Source: Phallusia mammillata
Lineage: Eukaryota
NCBI GenBank assembly: GCA_965637545.1
Contig: OZ281499.1
Location: forward strand, 7,006,001-7,070,000
Length of the DNA: 64,000 bases
Direction: 5' to 3'
The stretch's first letter is position 1. Every line of letters starts with the position of its first letter. Positions 37,995 to 49,692 of the stretch are shown piece after piece. Below the pieces are notes generated by a model. That model was not told where the DNA came from. It saw only the letters and a list, made by a program, of their open reading frames with translations, and did no database searches. The translations under genes and the position numbers were made by a program.

Positions 37995-38150
37995 TTTGGT
38001 CACGTGACAAGTCGTCACTTTAGTTCCTTCTTCTTTTTATCTTGGATAGTCTTGGAAATTCGGCAATTGGTTAACTTTAGTCACGTGACACAGGGTCACA
38101 GCTCAGTTATTTCTAGTTCTCTTAGTTTATCTCTGGTCACGTGACACAAC
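37995..38150. promoter_or_regulatory. Cluster of palindromic GTCACGTGAC E-boxes upstream of the Penelope ORF
   Basis: GTCACGTGAC at ~37999, ~38080 and ~38137, with CCAAT nearby. A homologous cluster lies at ~56280-56460. Function is inferred. Confidence 0.45.
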
Positions 38151-38591
38151 GTCACAACATACGTTCGTTCGTTTTGGACTCTGCCGCAGTGGCCGTTACG
38201 CTTCGTCGCCCAGCCCACGTCAGACATTTTCTTTTGCTTTCACTATATTTGTCTTTCCTTTTCTCATCTGAACCTACTGACCTGTTGTGGTTGGTGCCCA
38301 GTCAACCGGAACCTTCTCTGCCACCAGCCCACAGACCCGCCATTTTGTTTTTTGTTTAAACGCACCGCAACCTTAAGTTCTGTGCCCTGAATACCGCGTC
38401 ATAATTTTGTTATTGTTTTCGTAGTTAGTTTAGTTGTTTATTTGTACCAAGTAATATTAACATTGTTATTAAAATTATTGTACGGTAATATTTAAATCAT
38501 ATTGTAATTCTAACCTTGAAAAAAAATCGGAAAAAAATGTACAGACCTCGAACACATTATTAGAACTACTAGCAACAAATGCGACCAGTTT

Positions 38592-39292
38592 GTGATTTCT
38601 TTGTTCAAATATGGAGTTATTTCCGAAGAACTCTTATTCCACACGATTGGCGCTAAACAACGTACCGACCACATCCACAAGGTATCGGGACCTACTGCCA
38701 AGAACTTCGGCAACAAAAAACCAGCCTATGTCTACCCTCTCTTCAAAACCCATAAACTGACCCCAGAACATCTTAATGTGTGTAGAATCGAGGATATCCC
38801 AGTCCGCTTGGTCCAGGCAGCGGGTAATACGTTTTACACCCGTTTTACAGCACTACTAGAACACATTTTGAGACCAATCAGCTTGAAGTATTGTCGTGAC
38901 ACAGTAAATGAGTACTGCCAGGATAGCCGACAATATTTAATAGATCTTGATAACTGGAAAACTTGTGCTATTGAAAGAGATGATGTTGACAGCAGAAAGG
39001 TATTTATTGTGGCAGCAGACGTAGTTGGTCTTTATCCAAACCTTAGCCCCGACCTCATAAGGAGGTCATTGACACACGCTCTGAGGCGTCACTCGGGTTG
39101 GCAACCCCAGGAGTGGAAATGCTTACTGGATTTTACTCTTTTTACTATCGGTGCTGTTGTGGTGCAACACGACAACAAACTGTACGGGCAGAACTCCGGG
39201 ATTGCAACAGGAGACAATCACTCAGTTTCCGTTGCTAACATCGCTTTGCATTTTATCGTCGAGTCTATCTCTGACACACTGCATAGAGCGGA
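38592..39292 (+). pseudogene. Penelope-like element, 5' half of RT
   Basis: YVYPLFKTHK, IPVRLV, AADVVGLYPN and GIATGDNHSVSVANI. Ends at SISDTLHRAE, the peptide that begins the minus-strand half at 24383. Confidence 0.92.
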
Positions 39293-39622
39293 GTCCCATT
39301 TCGCGCTTGGGTTGCTCCGTGAGCAACAGAAACGGCCCTTCGCCCGAGAATTTCGTTCCAAGTAGCATTGATGGCCGGTGCTGGTCAATTTTCTTGGACA
39401 TCCCGTCGCTGTAATAAGATTGCACAGCAAGTAATGTACCAAATTTAATTTATTTACGATTGCGAGAACGAGACAAAGCAGTTTATTAAATTATAATTGT
39501 CATGTGGGGTCAGATGTAAGCTACAGATTTTTTTCCACCAGTGATAGAATGTTGAAAATACCGTACAGATTACTTTACCATCAACAGCATTTGATTTTAT
39601 GAGTGGTCAGAACAAGACAGAA

Positions 39623-40698
39623 AATGACTTCGGAAAGCTTTGATTTGGTAGATGAGGTGTTAATAGAAGAAGTAAGAAAGTACGAGAGCTTGTACAACAC
39701 AAAGTTGAAAAGTTATAGGGACAGAAGTGAAACTGAAAAATCATGGATGTTGGTTTCCCAATCCACAAATATACCAGGTACTAACAAATATAATTAGTCT
39801 CAAATGTTTGAATACTAAATACTTTGACTGAAGTTGTCTTGGTAATTAACTTAATTTCTACAAACACATTGGTATGTTTCAGTTACAGAATGCAAGCAGT
39901 CCTGGAAAAGATTGCGAGACAAATATGTAAGAGAAAAAAAGAAACAACAGTCCACCTTTAAGTCTGGAGCAGCTGCAACAAATCTCCAGAAGTGGGCACT
40001 GTATGAAACTATGAGTTTTCTGGACGAACATTTAAAACCCAGGGCAGGAACTTGACCGAATGGTCTGGCGCGCCTGACCCATATACAGACAGACATAAAA
40101 AACCCTGATCGGGATTCGTCCCCGGGAGGTTCCTGGGTTCAAACCCCGTGGAAGAAAAAAAAAAAAAAAAAAAACAACAACATTTAAAACCCAGAAGGTA
40201 ACATTTCTATTTTTAATTCTGCTTTTGAGCATTTATTACAACATTTTTTTCAGCACTGCTTCAAGCATTGTTCTAATTGATGTAGACCCAGAAGAGGCTT
40301 CAACATCCACTCAATCCGGGGAAAGTCAACCCACAAGCTCAAGTATTTTAGCTAGTGGATGTGTAACAAGATAAAATTTTGACCTTAGCCCACTTTTTTA
40401 TAGAAAACACAGAAATTGTACCAAGGAAGAAAACAAGGTGGGAGGACAAAATAGATGATCTAATATAGGCTTCTAAGGCACCAGTAGGTATGTATGTTGT
40501 GCTAACAATTAACTTTTTAAGTACATCTGAATTGAAACCCAACTTTATGTAACATAATTTAAAGACACTACGCCAAAAACAAGCTCATCACTTTTTTGCG
40601 AGTTCATAAACAGCAGACTGGAGCAAATGACACCACAACAACAAGCAACATTTCAGAGGCAAACATTAGATTTAATACATAACATTGAATTTTCTTGA
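39623..40698 (+). pseudogene. Harbinger C MADF gene (multi-exon, SINE-interrupted)
   Basis: LIEEVRKYESLYN....YRD....KSW, WKRLRDKYVRE and WALYETMSFLDEH. Confidence 0.85.
40043..40178 (+). mobile_element. tRNA-type SINE, full length
   Basis: A-box-like TGACCGAATGG, B-box GGTTCAAACC and a polyA tail. 16-bp TSD AACATTTAAAACCCAG at 40027-40042 and 40179-40194. Confidence 0.9.
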
Positions 40699-40749
40699 GC
40701 AGCGAATGTGATGTAAACTGTTTTTTATGTTTTGAGCACAATAAAACAC

Positions 40750-42170
40750 ATTAAATGATGGTTGGTTGCCATGGAACAGCTCCATTTTCACTCGTAAAGA
40801 ACCTAACAAGTTCTTCTCTTAACTCAGCTGCATTTTTTGAGTAGTACCCCCCTGCTGATCTTAATGGCAGCATTGCATTTTGATCCTCATGCCATTGCCC
40901 TTTATGTAAAGTACCTCTTGTATCCTCATGGTCAAATGTAGCTACAATGAAACCGAAGAAAATTATGTAGCACAGTGCAGCATTTTACAACTTCATCAGC
41001 CCGTTCAGGTTTAATTGCTAATGGTCTTCTAAACACTCTAAATTTTGAGGACATAATCCCAAAGGCATTTTCTACTGTACGTCTGGCACGAGATAATCTA
41101 TAATTAAAAACGCGCCTTTCAGAATTGAGAAATTTACCAGGGAAAGGCCTCATTAAATATTCTTTCAATGGAAATGCTTCATCACCAATTAACACAAGTG
41201 GAAAAGAAGTGGTTGTGCCAGGAAGGTAATGGCTTTCTGGAACATTTAAATCATCTGCATTCAGTGCTTTATACAGTGAATAATTTGAAAACACATTTCC
41301 ATCACTTTGCTTTCCATAGGCACCTACATCCACATAAATAAACTTGTAGTTGGCATCAACCAATGCCATGAGAATAATGCTAAAGGTTCGCTTGTAATTA
41401 AAATATAAAGAATCACTGTTAGCTGGGGCTTGAAGACTAACATGCTTCCCATCAATGCTACCAATACAGTTCGGAAAGTTCCAATGTTTATAAAAGTCTT
41501 CCACTATTTCTTGCCACATGACTTTTGTGGGGGTTGGCATGTGTTCTGGTTGCAAGGTTTTCCAAATTGCCTTGCACACTTCTGGGATAATTTTTGACAC
41601 CGTAGACTTGTGGGTACGAAATGAGAAGGCAATTGTTTGGTAGGAATCACCAGTCACTAAAAATCTAAAAATAAAAAGGTCAAATTTAAGTTTTTCCTCA
41701 TGAAACATCTCAACTCTCAAGTTCCAAGTTTCAACCTTAATGTTATTGCCAGTCTTTCTGCTTCTGAAATAGGCTTTCGGTAGTTTGTTGTAACTTTCTT
41801 TATTTTGGGAGCCACAAGATTTAATAATTCATCAAATACAGCAGGTGTCATCCTGAAGCAGGTGATGAAATTTGTTTCCCTTTCCAACCTCATTTCTTGC
41901 AGCAAGCGATGGTATTCTCCTGTTACGTTGAAAATTTTAATTACATTATTACAAAAGTTAAATTTTTAACTTTCAAGGCAACCTTGCAAGTACTTTAGTT
42001 TTTTTAACTCACCTAATTGATTTCTTTTTTCCAAAATAGGATGTACCCAGTACGACCTTGACGACTTGCACGTTTTAAGATGCAAAATTAGAAACATACA
42101 AGCATTAGGGGTTCGTTTTCTTCGCTGCGCAGCAACAACCAAACGTGCATTTTGGTTACAGAAACAAGTC
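40750..42170 (-). pseudogene. Harbinger C DDE transposase
   Basis: [51 protein letters not shown]. Confidence 0.92.
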
Positions 42171-42503
42171 ATGTCCGAACTAACGCACGTAAATCCGTAA
42201 AAATAGGTTGCAAACAGCAAGTGTACATAAAAAGCTGGAACAGATTAGTCAGATAAGCTAGTGAAACAGCTTTTGTTCGCGAAGTTCGCGCCTGGTGTAA
42301 ACTTGAATTTTCGCGCCGTTCGCGTGAGGAAAAAAGGCAGCGTTCGCGTTCGCGCTTGGTGTAAACCGGGCTTTAGCAATAGAATCATTTTTACGTTTAT
42401 GAGCGCAGTATTTATACATGGAAAATTCTTGATTAAAGAACGGAAAAAATACTAAATCAAGATTAAAATCGATGGCGATCTTGAGTGAACAACGAGCAAC
42501 GAA

Positions 42504-44499
42504 ACTCGAGGGAAAAGAGATGATTGCACACGCGGGAATTTAAACAATATTGATGAACCAAAGTCATTACGCTTGATTATTCAGGGTTAATGGGGTCGGC
42601 CGAAAAGAAAAAATATAAATTACAAAAAGCAATCTCGATAAATGAACATATGGTCGCTGATTAATCTCGGGAGACCACGTGATTGATGCAAAATTCCCCT
42701 TGTCGAACAATGTTTTTTTTTCGGATGTGTTGTGCCTATTTCAACTCCCTGCCGTATCTTGTTTTGTCTGAAAAATCTTACAAACCGCTTTTTGTTAAAG
42801 GTCCCTAACTATGCCCTAACAAAACATGTAACATTTAAGGGATATAATGACATTTTAGAATAAGGAGACATTAAAACGTATTGGACATTTTTTACAACCT
42901 TTAATCCCACATGACACAACACGTAGGATTTATATAACAATGATAATTGATTTGCATTTCGTCACGTGTCTCTAGTTTCGAATTCTGTAAAAGAAAATCA
43001 AACGAGTCTTAGTACTTTGCAGATTTAAGTTTTTTTACGGTTTTATTAGGCGTGGGTTCTTGTGAATGGCTTGTAAAATTTGGCAAATGGCTTGGCCACT
43101 GCGTTGGACACGCGACGCTATTATAAGTAGTTGTGCATGCTTTCGCGGTCAAGTCGCTTATTGTCTGTCACCATTGCTGAAAGAACTCGGTAGGTAAACT
43201 CTTGACAAGTTTTTTTTGGGTGCCTTCGAATACTACAGGTGCGCTAGGTGCGCTTGGTAACCTTTTTTCGTGCAACGTAACTTAAAAATAGTGCAGGTAA
43301 CTCTCTTTGGTGCGATTAAACTCAGAATAGGTACGACGTAAGTCGAAAACACTACAGCTGTCTGTTTTTATGCGTCAAATCGTAAATACTGCAGTTAACG
43401 TTAAAACACGCAAATAATGCTGGAAAAGTGTTACGATAGTCCCAACACACAACCAAAACCCTAAACCCTAAACCCTAACCCTACCTTAAAAACAGTACAT
43501 AACAGCATTATTACGTTACGTCGCAGTAACTACGAGTTTACTCGTTTCAAAAAAGGTTACCTGCACTATTTACGGGCTTCGTTGAATTAAAACGAGTTAC
43601 CTGTAGTTTACCAAGCGAAGTACCTAGCGGACCAAGCGCACCTGCAGTTTTCGAAAGCACCGTTTTTTTGGGATATTTTGCGCCTACCGTTCAAATGCTA
43701 TAGGTGTTTTATTTACAGTCTGTGATAGGACTGTTTTGCATTGAGGCGTTCGTAGCGCCTAGCGACTTATTGTTTGTTTAGAACACGAGATGAAAACTCG
43801 TCCACTCAATGAGCGAGGGTGCGTTGAAAAAACGCGGCCGCAATAAATTGCGGTGCCCGGAAGCGCATGCTTATCACCTGTTTACCGTTTTTTAAACTTC
43901 TGCTTTATTTCCGTTCGACACGTTGATTAGTTAAATATGAACAAGCGCATTATCGTTTTGGGACGGTGGACAATAAACAAATCTAAAATCATTCTTATAG
44001 TCTGTCGTCAATTTACGACACATAACATCAAAGGTGCATTGTCATGTCCGATAGATTTTCATGTCAGAGTTATTAGCCATATCCGTTTTAATTCAAGAAA
44101 TATCCGTTATATTTTAAGACATTACTCGTGTCAGTTATAATTCATGTCAGTTTAGGGTATAAAGGAGCTGTTTGTTCGGTATCTCGAGTTCCTTCGTTAC
44201 CCTTATCCTCAATCGGACGTTGCTCTCTGGACTCCTTCACCATGTCCCATCCAAAGCGTCCGTATACCTTTATAACCCATCCGGTTAGGATTATCGCCCA
44301 TATTCCGGCGACTCGAGGGAAAAGAGATGATTGCACACGCGGGAATTTAAACAATATTGATGAACCAAAGTCATTACGCTTGATTATTCAGGGTTAATGG
44401 GGTCGACCGAAAAGAAAAAATATAAATCACAAAAAGCAATCTCGATAAATGAACACATATGGTCGCTGATTAATCTCGGGAGACCACGTGATTGATGCA
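42504..44499. repeat. ~187-bp near-identical direct repeats (42504-42690 and 44311-44499)
   Basis: ACTCGAGGGAAAAGAGATGATTGCAC...GATTGATGCA occurs twice with few differences. Confidence 0.92.
43218..43662. mobile_element. Non-autonomous element with inverted ends and an internal (A)AACCCT run, possibly Helentron-associated
   Basis: GGTGCCTTCGAATACTACAGGTGCGCT / AGCGCACCTGCAGTTTTCGAAAGCACC. Inserted in a T-run. AAACCCTAAACCCTAAACCCTAACCCTA at ~43456. Confidence 0.6.
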
Positions 44500-45374
44500 C
44501 TGTAGTCTAAACTCTGAAGTTTTTGAAAGCGCATTTGGTGGAAAAACTAGTGCCTGCTTTTAAGTTTTACTTGTTAGGAGGACGCAATAAATAATATTTA
44601 ACGCACGGTAGGTCTTTTTATGCAATGTTTAGTTAATTAAACTGACGTTTGTGGCGCATTTTTGCCCAGCATAAATTAAGGCTGATTTTATTGTTTGTAT
44701 TGTTACTATAATCTTCAGGACTGGGTAATAAAAGTTGCCAACAACAAACGAAGTTTTGATATGTCACATATGACATTTAAATCACCTCTTAATAGCTCGG
44801 TGCAGTGGTTCTTAACCTGTGGGTAATTTGGCATTTTGAAAGGGGTAACATAGATTTTCTGTTATAGTTATCTTTAGATTCTTGATGATCATTATTGTAA
44901 CCAGCAAACATTTTGTAATGAGGGTAAGATTTATTCAAAATAATTCAATAAAAAGTTAATCTTAACAGATTTCTCGGCGTCCTGCCATATTTTCAAAACA
45001 AAAAAGAAGTAACTTCGATGTCATGCGCTTCTACTCTAAAAGTCTCAATATGTCTCACTCATAACCATGATGATATTTGTGATGTCATAAAACTAGAACT
45101 AGAGTCTCTCGTAAATATCTGTTTGGTATACAATTAACGGTATAGTCCAGTTAGTTATAGGGATCATAGGCGTGAGGTAGCATTTGTTTCTTTCGTAGTA
45201 GTAAAATGGCATTTAGTGTTTATTACAAGATCTTTCCCGTAAATAGTAGGCATCTTCTGTCGACGATCACTGATTAAATAGTGAATTATCTGTAAGAATA
45301 ATTGACGAAGCAACAGCGCTTCCTAATCAGAATCAGTCAACAAATGTTATTTAACGATATATATTGCTCCAAGC

Positions 45375-46920
45375 GGCGGGCAGTACACCTCTCTCGCTGC
45401 ACGTCGCTTCTTGAACATTTGCTTAAGCCTATAAGTCTAGAATATTGCAGAAGTAACAACAATGAATACTGCTCAGATTCCCAACATTATCTCAAGTGTT
45501 TAATCAATTGGCAGTCACAACATGAACAGTCGCAGGAAGACGGACTGGAGCTCTTTATCGTTGCTGCTGATGTTGTGGGCCTCTACCCAAATATACCAAG
45601 GGAATTAATCCGTAAGTATCTTTCTTGTGCCCTTAAACGTTACTCCGGGTTTTCTCCCATGGGTCGTAAATGTCTGGTAGATTTAGTATTGTTCACTATC
45701 AACAATGCGATCATAAGGTACGGGGAAAACGCATACAAACAGCAGAAAGGTATTGCCACTGGCGAAAATCATTCGGTGTCGCTTGCCAACATAGCCTTGC
45801 ACTTTGTTGTTGAAACAGCCGCTGCAACTTTAAGGAAGGCAGAAATATTTAAGCGGTATATTGATGACATTTTGTGGATTTCACTTGGCCAGAGGACCAC
45901 AATCGCCATCAAAAAAGCGCTGTACGGTGCTTTCCTAAAAGAAGGGCTCAAACTTACTTTTAGGGAATTCTCCAACAAGGATGAGCATGGTCGCGTCGAA
46001 TATGTAGCTCATTGCTATTCAAGTTCGAACAGTTTGCATTTCACAACACAAGACCATGTTAAGGAAACATCTAAAAGCCGTTTATTTTTGCATGGGACCT
46101 CTCATCACCCTCGGTACATTTTTCGTGGGATTGTGTTGGGTGATGCTAGTAGACTACGAAGATTTAATCAATTGCAGGGCGACTACATGCTAAGTCTGGA
46201 AAGACTTCGAGAGAAGTGCCATCGTTCTGCTTTTCCGGATGTAATTACTGAGCAATGTTTAAAACAAGCGAGAAGGTGTACACAGAGTTTCGCGCCGCCA
46301 AAAGAGGAAACAGACCAACCTAGAATAGTTTGGGGTACGTCTTTCCCACGTCTTCTTGCAGTAACGACGAAAGCTAAGGTCGTATACATAAGAGCTTTGA
46401 CCATCGGCAAAGCGCTTACAAACTACAAAGGCTTGGCCCATGGACATTTTAAACAAGTTGCTAACGGCCAATCGGGTCCTTGCAAAAGGTGCGCGTTGTG
46501 TGGCAACCATGGTGAACATAAAGCGATGGTGCACGAGCAGTATCATTTTACCCCACACGGCAAGAAAATAAAGTTAAAACAAGTCTTGGACTGCAAAAAC
46601 TATGGTGTGTATGCCGCTACCTGCAACATATGTAAAGAACAATACATTGGTCAAACAAAAAAACGGTTTAGCACCCGATGTAACCACCATTGATCCGTTT
46701 GGAGAGAACAAGAAATTAAAGAAGGTAATGACAATGCAGCGCTGTTGCAACATAACATCCACACCTCTTCGCCACCCATCCCGATATCGCCGATTGTTTT
46801 TATGTCACGTTTTTACAGCAGCCGCCTTTTAAAGTCTTGGATGCTTGCGAAGTCAAGTGACTTAAAATTACCCAAGCCACTATTAACATACAAAAAATGG
46901 TTTTGCCCAGGGTGCGGTAA
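45375..46920 (+). pseudogene. Penelope RT + GIY-YIG endonuclease
   Basis: AADVVGLYPN, GIATGENHSV, FKRYIDD, CKRCALC and GVYAATCNICKEQYIGQT. Confidence 0.92.
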
Positions 46921-47250
46921 CATAACTTCATTTGTTTTACTGGTTGCTATTGTTTATTGATTTTATTTAGTATTTCTTTTGGACCAGGTAAAATTAACTT
47001 GTTTGTTGTGTCCACTCCGGTTTTCCTTCGTTGCCACTAACCGAAGCGCTTATCTTGTCCCCCCTTTTTTCTGTGTGCGCACCGATCCCTTATCGCTTTT
47101 GGCAGTCTTTGTCTTTCGTGTGGCTGAGTTTAGACCTTGCGTAGTTAGCAAGCGTTTGTAGCAGGTTGCTGTTTCCTTTTTGGTCTGTTGCTCATTTAGA
47201 TTGGTTTTATTACTTGGTTTTGGTTTTACTTTTACACCCGTTGTTTGACA

Positions 47251-47290
47251 GACGACTGATGATGCCCTTACGGGTGAAATATATGTCGTT
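47251..47290 (+). ncRNA. Minimal hammerhead ribozyme of PLE2
   Basis: GACGA-CTGATGA-TGCCC-TTAC-GGGT-GAAA-TATATG-TCGTT. Confidence 0.8.
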
Positions 47291-48672
47291 AAATAACGTT
47301 TATTGACTGATTCTGATTAGGAATCGCTGTTGCTTCGTCAATTATTCTTTCGTAGTAGTAAAGCTAATTTAGACCCCAAAAATTATTAAAATGCCTCCAA
47401 AGAAACGAAGTTACAAAGAAGCTTTTCTGAACTTATGAAACCAAGCAAATTGAAGCAGCATTTGAAGTCTGGCCATAGTGAATTAGTAGGAAAATCAGTT
47501 GACTACTTTTGGCGAAACTCTGAGCTTTTGAAAAATTGTCGCCTCGATTCTGAGGGAACGTGGGCAAAACAAAGCAGTATTGGAGGCGTCATATCGCATC
47601 GCCTTCCGCATTGCCCAGGCAAAAAAGCCTCACACAATTGGCGAGGAACTCATAAAGCCTTGCCTCATTGAAGCAACTACTCTAGTACTGGGAGGGTTTT
47701 CCCCAATCAGGTAAAAGAAATCTCGCTCTCCAACGACACTGTCAAAAAACGCTATTCTGAAATGAGTCAAGACATTTTGTTACAAGTGGTGGAAAGGGTA
47801 AAGTCCAGCCCACTATTTTCTTTGCAATTGGACGAGTCCACTGATATTTCGTCCTGTGCCCAGTTGCTGGTCTACGCTCGCTACATCTTTGAAAACAACG
47901 TAAAAGTACAATATTTATTTTCTGAACCACTTTCAACGACATGTAGAGGAGAAGATGTGTTCAAAATTGTAAAAGATTTTTTTGAAAAGCACGCTCTTGA
48001 TGGGAAACAACTTGCTGGTATCTGTACAGATGGTGCTCCTTCTATGATTGGATCCAGGGGCGGCATTATAAACACTTCCTCGCTCGCTAACTTACCGAGC
48101 TCGGTAAAAAAAATCTTTAGCGAGGAGTTAACGAGCGAGGAACTCGGTAAAGTATTTGGTATTACGAAGTGTCCTCGCAAACGCCTCGCTAAAGCCTGAC
48201 GCAAATACGAGAGAATGCGTCAAAATCGTAAGAAAAAAGACGTCTGACTCAGCAAAATCGTCACGCCGCGCTATGCGACACCTTGCGACAAACAATTTTC
48301 GCCTGTCATTTATGCTGTTTTTAATGTAAATTTGCAATATAACCTCAAAATGTTTGGATTTCCTAATTTACGGACAGTTTGGGATTTGTTTATTTGATAA
48401 AGTAGCATAAGAACATCAAGAAACATTGCAAGAATTTATTGAAACGTGGACAACAGTTGAAATGGAAGTTTCATATCTTAGAAAAGGTGCAAAACATCTT
48501 TTGGTATAATTTTTATGAAAAGAAAACGTTGGAGCTTCATAAAAATACGGTAAGATCTGTGATTAACGTAGGTTTGCACTTTATAAAATAATTTATAATT
48601 TCTAACTGGTGACATTAGGGTGATTTTCATTTATGTTTAAAACAATGACAACTTTATTATATATACCTAAAC

Positions 48673-49692
48673 CAGTGGTTCTTAACCTTTTTATAACGAC
48701 CGAACCCCTATGATATTCTTCAGTATTTGGTCGAACCCCAAAGTTACATCCTAGGTTTTAACCCATTTTGTTTGGTGAGTCATAATTAGTGTTTTGTTTT
48801 TCAAACGTAGTGGCAACAGTTACTGTTTGTCATTTTGTTAAATTCTGACATGATAATACAAGCAACTTGTTTCAGGATTGCTTTGATTCCGGCAATTTTT
48901 AGTTTTTACCAAAATTAAGCATTAGTATTTTTAGCATCTGTACACAAACATGAAAAATATGTGTTTTTGCTGCGAACAAAATTTCGTTGTTTTTCTGCTT
49001 CCGAACAACGCTCATAATGCTCTTTGTTACGTCAAAAAAAGAAAATAAAACCTTAGTGCAGGGGAGCACAACCTTTTTGCTAGGACGGCCGCATCGCAGA
49101 TTCTTATTTCACAAACGACCGCCATTTACCTGCTTACTTTTGTTTTAAAATACTGGATTGGTTTATATTTTATTTACCATCTAATAGCGCCCAAAAAGTC
49201 CAGATTAATTTCTGTACATATTGAGCTGCACATTACGATGATCTGTCCTAAGTGTTTATGATGTCATAATCTTTATTGTGATACTTGTGGTACCTGTTTT
49301 GTTCGCGTTGTTTGCACACAATAGGCGTACAAAAAGTCTGACGTGTATGGTTCTTATGCTGGTAATGCTCTTTTAAGTACCACAAAAACTGTTTAGAGCA
49401 ATCAAAATATTTAGCAAAGGAGTCTTATTTACCTCACGGCCGCCAGTACATATATATTTTAATAAACATGTTCACTGCCGCACAAATTCGACTCTGCGGC
49501 GCCATGCGGCCGTAGGTTGTGTACCCCTGTCTAAGTCTAACCTTCCAGTGTTTTGATATTTGACAAACACAAATTGCCATTTTTAGCGAATATGGACTCT
49601 AAAGTTTGACGAAAACGAGTATTTGTCTTGTACGTCAAAAAGCCCTTCATCGAACCCCTGGGGTTCGATCGAACACCGGATAAGAACCACTG
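48673..49692. mobile_element. hAT-type MITE
   Basis: TIRs CAGTGGTTCTTA / TAAGAACCACTG. TSD ACCTAAAC. Confidence 0.92.
49059..49529. mobile_element. hAT-type MITE nested in the previous MITE
   Basis: CAGGGGAGCACAACC / GGTTGTGTACCCCTG. The TSD is degenerate (CCTTAGTG vs TCTAAGTC). Confidence 0.7.

Larger units (their letters stand above)
33415..38011. repeat. Right arm of the inverted duplication (contains a later hAT insertion)
   Basis: Reverse complement of the left arm. Ends at GTCACGTGACAAG (38011). Confidence 0.95.
39293..42372. mobile_element. Harbinger element C (left TIR missing)
   Basis: Convergent MADF (+) and transposase (-) genes. The right end TTCGCGCTTGGTGTAAACCGGGCT is followed by TTA. 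Confidence 0.85.
45206..47349 (+). mobile_element. Penelope-like element 2, 5'-truncated, with an inverted pseudo-LTR
   Basis: 18-bp direct repeat TTCTTTCGTAGTAGTAAA at 45188-45205 and 47345-47362. 45295-45365 is the reverse complement of 47278-47349. Confidence 0.9.

Noticed and set aside
43455-43485. Telomere-like (A)AACCCT run
   Set aside because: Only about 4 units, internal to a small interspersed element. Not a telomere or fusion site.
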